Positions 49,133 through 57,656 of a DNA stretch of 64,000 nt are shown here, in pieces. The notes beneath the pieces are model-generated. The model did not search any database and had not been told where the DNA came from. It worked only from the letters and a program-made list of their open reading frames with translations. The position numbers and the translations under genes were made by a program. Source of the DNA: a virus; the IMG/VR virus record IMGVR_UViG_3300032053_000039, positions 1-64,000 of that record; one strand, given 5' to 3'. Position 1 is the stretch's first letter. Each line of letters opens with the position of its first letter.

Positions 49133-49593
49133 TTAGAACACTCCATAGTCCAAGCATCAATGATATTACTGCAGCTACATGTATAATCCCAATTTAGATA
49201 TTCTGTACCCATACCCTCTCTAACTTTCTTATATTTCGTAGGTGTAGCTAATTTAATTTCTTTTTTATCGGAAGAAAGACCTGGCTTTTTTATTTGTTTT
49301 AAATTTTCTACAACAGCATTAAAATATTTTAACGAATGCGTTTTAACTAATCCTTTTTCCCAATCTTCTTTAAAATATTTTACACATTCTACAAGTCTAT
49401 CTTTACCTACTTTTTCTACCAACATTGATATATTTGTTATCTTGTCCTGTTTCGTTATTTTTTTCTCTGCACCTTCTCTTTTAAATTTAGTATAATCGAA
49501 AAATGAATTATAAAATCTACAAACAATATCTCCATCTTCCCTTCCAAATGTTTTATGACAAAACTCTCTAAATCCTTCGAATACCTCTCTCAT
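49087..49593 (-). CDS. protein paralogous to the initiator C-terminus (helical domain plus zinc ribbon)
   Basis: SLKYFNAV and YTCSC...CSKCGSLIDW parallel TPKYFLEA and YVCKC...CSVCGTEVDY of the upstream gene. Confidence 0.65.
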   Translation of the reverse strand: MREVFEGFREFCHKTFGREDGDIVCRFYNSFFDYTKFKREGAEKKITKQDKITNISMLVEKVGKDRLVECVKYFKEDWEKGLVKTHSLKYFNAVVENLKQIKKPGLSSDKKEIKLATPTKYKKVREGMGTEYLNWDYTCSCSNIIDAWTMECSKCGSLIDWKDISKKL

Positions 49594-50777
49594 GAATAAA
49601 TCCTCTCACCTTCTTGTGTTACTAAATAGTCTACCTCCGTTCCACACACAGAACAGAATCTTAAATCATCATGAAGTTGTGTTTTATGACCACATTTACA
49701 AACATATACATAATTATCTTCAACAGGTTCTAAATGAGATGTGTCTTCAGGTACATTTCTTAGCAGGGCCTCTAGAAAATACTTAGGGGTTATCTTTCTT
49801 GAACAGATTCCAAGTGCAATGCTTCCTTCGATGGTTTCTATAGCTTCAAGTACTTTACTCAAAGTGAATCTATTTATCCAAGTTTCTAAAGATTCTAATC
49901 GAATAATATTTTTTTCAATTTTAGATTGTTTCCCGTACACCTCTATCCGTTGTAAAATATTAATTATCCTGTTGCTATTCTTAATTAAATCATTATAATA
50001 TATAGGTATACATCCATTGTTTTTATCTATTAAAAATTGAATAAGTCCCGCCGAGGTCAATTCTTTTAAACTTTCCTGAGTCCTTTCTTCTCTTAACTCT
50101 TCTAAGGAGTTCTCTTTCTCCCCCTCTTCTCTTTTAGGAATTCCTAAAGAGTTATCTTCCTGATGTTTTTTTTCTTCCCCAAAAAAAAGATCTGTAGTAA
50201 TCTCTGTAGTATTCTCTGTAGTAATCTTTGTATATGTATTACAGATTTCCGTAGGAGGGTCATACGGATTTCCGTATGAGGGTGGTACAGATTCTCGTAG
50301 GGGGGTGGTACGGATTTTTGTATGACCCCCCTTTTCGATATGATTATAAGTTATTTCAGTTATTCTTTCAACATTAGGTTCTACAAACATTACATTATAG
50401 AGCATTGTGTTTTTTACAAGTACTTGTCTAAATTCTACAGAAATAAGATTTAAACGTACTAATGTCTCAAATGAATCACGGACTTGCCTTTTGCTAGATC
50501 CAGTTAATTCAGCGTAATCACTATAGCTTTTCTGAAGTTTATCAGAATTGAATTTTTTTGATATTGATGCGATATCATCGGTTTGAGGATCTCTTGTGGT
50601 TGTAGGAGTATACCAATATCTAATATTGGCTAGTATATACGCAGCTAAGAAATCAGTAACTTTTTTTCCTTTAGTTGTTGTATATGTAATTGCTTTTAAC
50701 CAAGAAGGAGGTAGAATATCACCGGATATATTTAATTTTCCAATAGCATCTACAGTAGGTGTTGTATTTTTTATCAT
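49590..50777 (-). CDS. phage replication initiator (lambda-O/DnaD-like, winged-HTH N-domain)
   Basis: ILANIRYWY...LQKSYSDYAELTGSSKRQVRDSF HTH; internal iterons; ITTENTT linker; C-terminal zinc ribbon. Confidence 0.75.
   Translation of the reverse strand: MIKNTTPTVDAIGKLNISGDILPPSWLKAITYTTTKGKKVTDFLAAYILANIRYWYTPTTTRDPQTDDIASISKKFNSDKLQKSYSDYAELTGSSKRQVRDSFETLVRLNLISVEFRQVLVKNTMLYNVMFVEPNVERITEITYNHIEKGGHTKIRTTPLRESVPPSYGNPYDPPTEICNTYTKITTENTTEITTDLFFGEEKKHQEDNSLGIPKREEGEKENSLEELREERTQESLKELTSAGLIQFLIDKNNGCIPIYYNDLIKNSNRIINILQRIEVYGKQSKIEKNIIRLESLETWINRFTLSKVLEAIETIEGSIALGICSRKITPKYFLEALLRNVPEDTSHLEPVEDNYVYVCKCGHKTQLHDDLRFCSVCGTEVDYLVTQEGERIYS
50240..50331. repeat. four 23-bp iterons with dyad symmetry, candidate replication origin
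   Basis: units start at 50240, 50263, 50286, 50309; consensus TACRGATTYYYGTAKGR; unit 2 contains the perfect dyad TACGGA-TT-TCCGTA. Confidence 0.8.
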
Positions 50778-50965
50778 GAGTTCCTCTCGAGTTCATATGT
50801 TATATTTTTTATTTTTTCAGGGTTTGGTTTAACAAACATCACATTATAGAGTACTCCTCCTTTAATTTTTATATTTTTAAATTCTAATTTTACAATATCT
50901 AGAGATTCTAACGTATTAAATGATTCTCGAATTTGCTTTTTACTGAAATTTAATAATGAGGACAG
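50774..50965 (-). pseudogene. start-less fragment paralogous to the initiator wHTH
   Basis: LSSLLNFSKKQIRESFNTL...VLYNVMFVKPNPEKIKNITY vs Rep YAELTGSSKRQVRDSFETL...MLYNVMFVEPNVERITEITY; its TGA overlaps the Rep ATG. Confidence 0.7.
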
Positions 50966-50967
50966 GA

Positions 50968-51070
50968 TAAAATAAAAAACCTCCAGAAAGTACCACCTGT
51001 TTCCAGGTTCTGCTCGGTATTTCTGAAGGTTGAGGGCTATTACACCCTTAGATATGAGCAGAAAAACCTA
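50968..51070 (-). ncRNA. structured leader/attenuator RNA upstream of the initiator
   Basis: long stem with G-U pair, ACCUG-GAAA-CAGGU hairpin, AGGGU/GCCCU hairpin, UUCUGCUC/GAGCAGAA complement and U-tract. Confidence 0.6.
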
Positions 51071-51420
51071 AGAGTACAATAACGATATTACAAATTGTGA
51101 AATTTTATGTTTCTTATTCTTAAATACTAAAATAAGAGCTGTTTCGTCGGAATATTATAGATAGAGCGGTTTTAATTTTGGGTTCGATTCTGTTTTAGTC
51201 ATTATTTAATCTAATATGGTTCATCTATCTATGTTTTATATAGCAGGACGCTATTTTATAATAAATATCTGTCAATAGAATTTTTTTAAGTCCCCTGAAA
51301 AATATTCAGGAATGAACTTAAACTTACCTTTTCAGGTTAAAATTTTAATCAAATTTCATATAATTATATTAAACGCAATTATACATTTAATCAACATTTA
51401 ATAAATACGAGGTTCTTATC

Positions 51421-52389
51421 ATGGCAGAAGTAGTGAAAATAAATTCTAAAAAGGGTCTGGTTTCACTTACCCAGAAAGATATAGCCGAAAACGACTTGGC
51501 TTCCTGGTTGAGAACAAACTCTAAAGGTTTCGGTCATTATTCTTTTATTAATCAACAACCCTTTGAAAGGGTAGCAGCAAAACTTTTTGTGGATAAATAT
51601 CCTTCTACACATGTGAAGATAGCAGAAAGTATTGTATGTACAAAAGAAGGAGGTGTTGATGTATTTCTTAAAATCACAGATGATCAATCTCGAGGATTTT
51701 ATAACACTCATCCCACAAAGCTTGTATTCAATAAAGGAAAACAAACCGTTATTGATGATATCACAAAACATGGATCAGAAGAAGGAGTTTTGGATGTTAT
51801 AGAGGATGATGACTTGAAAGAAGACTTCGAAGATAATTCTTCTGATTATGAAGAATCTGCGGATGAGGAATTCTATGGTGAGATTGAAAATTTTCTTAGT
51901 GAAATAAAAAGTCTTTCTGAAGAAGATCTTATTAAAAAAGTATCTCCAGAAGAACTTGAAGAGATAAGTAAAATGTTAGATCTTGATAATAAATCAGAAT
52001 ACGAAGAAGACGAAGATTCTGAAAAGGAAGATTTGAAGGATGAAGATTTGGATGATATAGATATTGATTTAGAAGAAGAGGGAGACGAGAAAGAAGATGA
52101 AGAGGAAGAAGACGATTATGAGTATGAGGACGAAGAGGAGATTGGTGAGGATGAAAACGAGAAGGAAGATGATGATAATGACAACAATGATATCGAATTT
52201 GAGGAAGGCTTTATCGAATCTAAAGGGGATGATGGGATTCTTAAAGAAGTTAATCTCGAGGATTTCTCTGAAGATAAAGGGCCTGAAATAATTGAGATAG
52301 AAGGAAAGATTCCAGAAGAAAAAGGATCAATCGAAAAAGTTCCCTCTGATAAAATTCTCAGAGATTTAATAAAAGAAATTTTGGGGTAA
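51421..52389 (+). CDS. highly acidic protein
   Basis: C-terminal two-thirds dominated by D/E. Confidence 0.8.
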   Translation: MAEVVKINSKKGLVSLTQKDIAENDLASWLRTNSKGFGHYSFINQQPFERVAAKLFVDKYPSTHVKIAESIVCTKEGGVDVFLKITDDQSRGFYNTHPTKLVFNKGKQTVIDDITKHGSEEGVLDVIEDDDLKEDFEDNSSDYEESADEEFYGEIENFLSEIKSLSEEDLIKKVSPEELEEISKMLDLDNKSEYEEDEDSEKEDLKDEDLDDIDIDLEEEGDEKEDEEEEDDYEYEDEEEIGEDENEKEDDDNDNNDIEFEEGFIESKGDDGILKEVNLEDFSEDKGPEIIEIEGKIPEEKGSIEKVPSDKILRDLIKEILG

Positions 52390-52393
52390 TATT

Positions 52394-53815
52394 ATGAATT
52401 CTAGGAATGTATTTTCTGAAGTGCAGAATTATTTTAATGATAATGGATTTTTATCGTATTTTCTTGATTTTGTTGAAGGTTCCTTTCCTAAAGCTTTGAG
52501 TTCTTTTAATACAGCTTTTCCTGATATGGGTTCTGAATCAAATATAAAAGCAGGGTTAACTTTATTCTACTATCTTTATTTTAAATCCCCTGAAGTTTTA
52601 AATAAATTACTGGATTTGGATCCAGCCGAGTTTGAAAAAAGAAAAGAATATTACAATAAGCACTATGGAAGATATTTTAATTATTTTAATAGAGAGTATG
52701 GTTCTACTTTAAATCACTCAATATTTTCTAAAATAAAAAAGATTTTAGCAACATTGAGAAATCATTGGGAAAAAAAAGTTAAAGGAGCTAGTTCTAAATA
52801 TACAGACACATCTTCCCTTGAAGAAAAAGAAAATAGATTAAATATGGAACAAGAACTCGGAGCTAATGCCTACAGAGAGTTTTTTTCTAGTTCATTACTT
52901 CCTGTAAATAAAAAAGAAGAGACTGATGAATACTTTGAAGATCAATTGGGAAATAGTCTTAATATAGGGGATGCTTTTTATATTCCTAAAATAAAATATG
53001 CTAACTTAGAGTATATAAAGAAGACTGCGATATTTGATAAATTCTTTAAACAAGATGATCCTAAAAAAACAGTAGAAGAATTATCAGAAGATGCTGCTGA
53101 GCGAGGTCGTCAGGTTTGGGAAGGATATGAATTTCCAAATCAAGAACAAAAAAGTCAGAAAGAAACCCCTAAGGCTGTGGAACCTACAAAGGATTTAAAA
53201 ATTCCTTATCCTTCTCCTTCCTCTAAAAAAGAAGAACCTGAGGATGCAGAAAAGAAAAAATACTTAGAAACTCAGAGTAAAGAACAAGATTATTTAAAAC
53301 ACAATGTTTTTAAAATAATTAAAAAATTTATGAGAAGAGATCCTTTTGGGGATGAGATTGTCTCTTGGGTAGAAGGTATTAATTTTGATCCAGAAACAGG
53401 AAAGGAAAACTACTCTTATAAAATGAAAATTCCTACTTATCTTGTTTCTTCCTACAAAGCAGAATTTCCAACAGAGAAAAAAGATAATAAAAAAATGGAA
53501 GAAAAACCAAGATACCTTATTCCTCCGAGATCTGCTTCTGAAGACATTGACGAAGAAATTTTTATTCATGAAGCTATCTATGCAGCTCTTCTTAATATTA
53601 AAGAGGCTGCAGAAGGAGAATTAACACCATCACAAGCTGTTAGTGAAGGTAAGAAAGAATTTTACGATACTAAGAAAGATAAAAAAGTAATTGTTACTCC
53701 TCAAAGTGGTGTTATTACAGTAACTCCTGAAGGGAGTGGACCGGAAGAGGAAGATGTTTATAAGTCGGATAGTATTGACGCAATAGAAAAAGAAGGGATA
53801 AAACCAATTATTTGA
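52394..53815 (+). CDS. hypothetical protein, probably virion-associated
   Basis: 473 aa in the plus-strand block with the portal gene. Confidence 0.75.
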   Translation: MNSRNVFSEVQNYFNDNGFLSYFLDFVEGSFPKALSSFNTAFPDMGSESNIKAGLTLFYYLYFKSPEVLNKLLDLDPAEFEKRKEYYNKHYGRYFNYFNREYGSTLNHSIFSKIKKILATLRNHWEKKVKGASSKYTDTSSLEEKENRLNMEQELGANAYREFFSSSLLPVNKKEETDEYFEDQLGNSLNIGDAFYIPKIKYANLEYIKKTAIFDKFFKQDDPKKTVEELSEDAAERGRQVWEGYEFPNQEQKSQKETPKAVEPTKDLKIPYPSPSSKKEEPEDAEKKKYLETQSKEQDYLKHNVFKIIKKFMRRDPFGDEIVSWVEGINFDPETGKENYSYKMKIPTYLVSSYKAEFPTEKKDNKKMEEKPRYLIPPRSASEDIDEEIFIHEAIYAALLNIKEAAEGELTPSQAVSEGKKEFYDTKKDKKVIVTPQSGVITVTPEGSGPEEEDVYKSDSIDAIEKEGIKPII

Positions 53816-53831
53816 TAGTAGGAGATTAGAA

Positions 53832-56800
53832 ATGTCTCAAATAGATCTTTCCATGTTTGATAGAGAAGAAGATTTGTCTCTTCTTTTAGATGTTCTTAAA
53901 GAAGAATATTTTTTTTATAAGATAAGAAATGCTTCTAATAAAATAGGAAAAATTCCTCAAGAGGAATTTGATTCTATAGTTAATGTTATTGCTGAAGAAT
54001 TTATAAAATTCGCTGCTGAAGAAGACGAAGGCACAGATAAAAAAGGTGAATACTCTTTTTCTTTGTCAGGTTATGATATAAATACCTGGATGGATTATTG
54101 GTTTGGAATTTCTGAAAAAGGAACATCTCTTAAAGATAATGGTGTTTTCTTTTCTACAAGTGAAGAGAGAATAAATAATCTTAGAAACCGGATAGATACT
54201 CTTTCAAAAAGATTTGGATATGAAGTTTCTTCTACAAAAGAACAAAAACCCGTACGGGTTTATGGGAAACAATCTAGAAAGACACCTCCAGATATACAAG
54301 TAGACTCTCCTAAATTTGAAATAAGTGGGGATCCTTTTGAAGGCATTAATGATTTTGCAAGGGATGTTAATACTCTTGCATCCAGTTCTGATAAAAAATA
54401 TTTATCTGAGTTTGTAAAGAAATACAAGGATATTGTTTATAAACAATTTAAAGCAGAGCCTTCTAAACTATTTGGGAAAATTCCTGCTGAAGGAAGAAAA
54501 TCTTATAAAACAGAATTAGTAGGATTACTAAAAGATAATATTGAAAAACTACAAAGTGAATTATATTCTCCGGAAGGAGTTTCTGGAAAGAATGTAGGTT
54601 TTATGTCTTTAACGACAGAGCCTGCAGAAGGCCAAGGTGTTTCAGGACGTTCTGTTGAGAAAGAAACTAAGATTGATCTTAATAAAGCAGAAGTAGAAAG
54701 ATTAGATAGGAACATAGAAATTCTTTATAACGGATTGAATGCGTTGATAGAAGATCAAAAATCTCTTATTCAAGAAAATCAAACATTAAACGAAGCTATA
54801 AAGAATAATGAAATCGATCCTAAATATGACGTTCAGACAAAACTTCAAAGTATTCAATCAAATCTAGATAATACCTCTAAACAAATTAATAGCAAGAAAG
54901 AGGAAATCAGCAAAGCTCAAAGTAATAAAGAAAAAATAATTAGTTATAGAACTAAGAACTTGGAGCATGCTACAGGAGATATTTTATCAACAGAAGAACT
55001 TATAGAAAGATACGAAAGCATTCTTAAAAAATTAATATCGACTGGAAATGATATAACTAAAGAAGATCTTAATGATCCTGAGGTATACAGTTATATTCTT
55101 AGAAGATTAGGTCAAATGGATAAGGATGTTTTTGAAGAATCTCTATTCCCTAAAGAAATGGATAATACTTTTAGTAAATACATTGATGATCTTTCTAGGG
55201 GAAATATTGAGAGTATTCCTGATGATTATTTTGAAAACTTAAAAAATAAAATAGAAGATATTGCTAAAAAAAGGGTGGAGTTTAAGGTAGCAGAGAGAGA
55301 ATCGTCGAAAGCGATTATAGATAGAGTAATAACTGTTACTGAAGGGTTAATCTCTCACTATTTAGCATCAAAACAATATATTGAGGCAAAGAAAGAAGGT
55401 TTTATAAAAGAGTTAACTGAATTCAATTCAGCTGAGTCCGTAAAGAATAAGGCATTTAGTGATATGCATAATTCTTTTCAGGGAATAGATAAACTCATAA
55501 GATCGAGAGAAAGTGGATATACATCCATATATGACAAATTTTATAAAGATGCAGAAAGAAATTTAAATGGGCTTTCTTCTGAGTATAACAGACTAGTAAG
55601 AGCTATACCTAAAGATTTCCCTCAAGAGATTGTTAAGCCGTTTAAGGATAATAATAAAAAGATTACTTTAGCTGTAGAAGATGTTATGAATTTTTATAAC
55701 AGTTATACTCCTGCTGGTGAGGATGAACAAGGAGATATATCTGACAAAGATTTGGACTTCTACAGACGTTTAAATTATAAGAACAGACAAGCAGTAAATA
55801 TTATTGAAGAATCAAAGAATTTGCTAGATGTAATGGAAAAGACTTCAGAAGGGTTAACTAAGGATTATAGAAATGTTTTAAATATTGTTTTAAGATATAT
55901 AAAAACTGCTCCTACTGAGGCATTTACTGTTAAAAATAAAAATGATCTTTCTACAAAGAAAGAAGGAGTAGAAATGATGATGACTGCCCTTAAAAATATG
56001 AAGGGCAATAAACAATTTACAGTAAACTCTTTTATTTCTATGCTCAATTTATTTGATAGTATTGGAGAGTATAAAGGGATAATAAATACTCAAAGTCTTA
56101 TAGACATAGCAAATGCTAAGAGAAAAAGAATAGATGATATTTCGGGAGATATAGAAAAATCAATAAATCCCTTAAGTCAAATAATGAATATTTTCTTTAA
56201 GAAAGACACTCTTGTAAATATGAATAATACTTTAAATACCTCTGTTCAAGATGATGTAAAAAATCTTATAGGGGATAAATCAAATTTTTCTTATTCACAA
56301 GAGAGCATACAGAATTTTATTTTATCAGAGTTTTCTAGTAAGTATAAACTTACTCCAAAAATTATTGAAGATATTCATAATGTTCTACATTTTGATCCTG
56401 TATATTCAGAGTCTATTCAGAATATGTCTGGTGTTGGATTTGATACTTATACCAAAGTACCTCGAAGTCAGATTCCTTCTTCTGAGTGGAATTCTTTATA
56501 TATACTTAATGATTGGAAATCTTTAGTGAATCAATGTATGAGATCTTTAAAGTCTTGTAAGTCTACGGCTGCGGGAACATTTAATCCTGCTCATGCAGAA
56601 TATGCTCCTCAAATAGATTATTCTAAAAAGATGGAAGAATCTAAAAAAACAGATTACATTGCACATCCAGGAAAAAGTACTGAAAAATCAGAGGATATTT
56701 CCAAACTGAGAAGATTTGGAGGAGTAACAGGGACAAGTTCTCTTGCTTTAACATTTTCTGAAAAAACAAGAGATCATCAAAGGCAGCAACTGGTTGATAA

Positions 56801-57542
56801 CTTTGTATTTCTTATGGATGAGTTTGAGAACTATCTTCGTAAAGAGAAGACAGATTTTCCTAAAACAGAGAAATATAAAGATAACCTTTATGTAAACTTA
56901 TTAAACAATGCAGAGGAAGTATTTAGGAGTCTTAAATCTTCTAAAGATCTTAACTTAGGAACTATTGTTGGAAATAAAAATAAATTATTCGATGCAATAG
57001 AAAAAGCAAACACTGCTATCTTAGAAAGAAAAGGTAAAGATTATAAGATAATATCGATGGACGATGTTTCTGAATTGTATAAAGCTGCGGAACTTGTAAA
57101 TTTTGCAGATAAGACTCGTCCCGATAATAAAATAGTTTTTAAATATTTGTATTCTCCGGAAAGTCTTACAGAGGATGAAAGAAAGAAATCTAAAGAGATT
57201 ATTTCTTTTATGACGAATTATTTAGATACTGCACAAAAATCAACTTATAAGCCTTCAAAGCCTGCTAAACTTGAGACGGAAGAGAGATACTTTTCAAATA
57301 ATCCTAATATACCTGTAGAACTTACGGCTCCAGATGCATATGGATGGCCAGGAATATCTATTGTTCGTATTCCTCAGGATTCTAAGTTACGAGAGAAAAA
57401 ACGTATTCCTGGAAGTGTTAATTTCATAGTTACAAAACCAACATCTATGACTGACACAGAGGTAAAGTCTCTTCCTAGAGAGATTCAAGAGAAGTATAAG
57501 CAAATGGTAGATATACTAGGTCATACATATGTTCCTAAGTAA
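53832..57542 (+). CDS. large helical/coiled-coil hypothetical protein
   Basis: 1236 aa; AGGAG RBS; directly upstream of portal. Confidence 0.8.
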   Translation: MSQIDLSMFDREEDLSLLLDVLKEEYFFYKIRNASNKIGKIPQEEFDSIVNVIAEEFIKFAAEEDEGTDKKGEYSFSLSGYDINTWMDYWFGISEKGTSLKDNGVFFSTSEERINNLRNRIDTLSKRFGYEVSSTKEQKPVRVYGKQSRKTPPDIQVDSPKFEISGDPFEGINDFARDVNTLASSSDKKYLSEFVKKYKDIVYKQFKAEPSKLFGKIPAEGRKSYKTELVGLLKDNIEKLQSELYSPEGVSGKNVGFMSLTTEPAEGQGVSGRSVEKETKIDLNKAEVERLDRNIEILYNGLNALIEDQKSLIQENQTLNEAIKNNEIDPKYDVQTKLQSIQSNLDNTSKQINSKKEEISKAQSNKEKIISYRTKNLEHATGDILSTEELIERYESILKKLISTGNDITKEDLNDPEVYSYILRRLGQMDKDVFEESLFPKEMDNTFSKYIDDLSRGNIESIPDDYFENLKNKIEDIAKKRVEFKVAERESSKAIIDRVITVTEGLISHYLASKQYIEAKKEGFIKELTEFNSAESVKNKAFSDMHNSFQGIDKLIRSRESGYTSIYDKFYKDAERNLNGLSSEYNRLVRAIPKDFPQEIVKPFKDNNKKITLAVEDVMNFYNSYTPAGEDEQGDISDKDLDFYRRLNYKNRQAVNIIEESKNLLDVMEKTSEGLTKDYRNVLNIVLRYIKTAPTEAFTVKNKNDLSTKKEGVEMMMTALKNMKGNKQFTVNSFISMLNLFDSIGEYKGIINTQSLIDIANAKRKRIDDISGDIEKSINPLSQIMNIFFKKDTLVNMNNTLNTSVQDDVKNLIGDKSNFSYSQESIQNFILSEFSSKYKLTPKIIEDIHNVLHFDPVYSESIQNMSGVGFDTYTKVPRSQIPSSEWNSLYILNDWKSLVNQCMRSLKSCKSTAAGTFNPAHAEYAPQIDYSKKMEESKKTDYIAHPGKSTEKSEDISKLRRFGGVTGTSSLALTFSEKTRDHQRQQLVDNFVFLMDEFENYLRKEKTDFPKTEKYKDNLYVNLLNNAEEVFRSLKSSKDLNLGTIVGNKNKLFDAIEKANTAILERKGKDYKIISMDDVSELYKAAELVNFADKTRPDNKIVFKYLYSPESLTEDERKKSKEIISFMTNYLDTAQKSTYKPSKPAKLETEERYFSNNPNIPVELTAPDAYGWPGISIVRIPQDSKLREKKRIPGSVNFIVTKPTSMTDTEVKSLPREIQEKYKQMVDILGHTYVPK

Positions 57543-57656
57543 TCTAAAAAATAAATAGTGAGTATAAAATCCCGCTCGGCTGTGAAAAGTAGTATCAATA
57601 TATAGAAAGGGTAAATAATAATATTATTTATCTTAACATAATGGGGAGGATAACCC

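Noticed and set aside
50240-50331. possible mini-CRISPR array
   Set aside because: the repeats are contiguous with no unique spacers, lie inside a CDS, and no cas genes are in the window
824-50832. plus-strand ORFs in the track within 1-50.8 kb, e.g. 2728..3294, 21925..22482, 29148..29552, 38706..39092
   Set aside because: They lie antisense to well-supported minus-strand genes and have the F/L/S/I-rich composition typical of shadow frames
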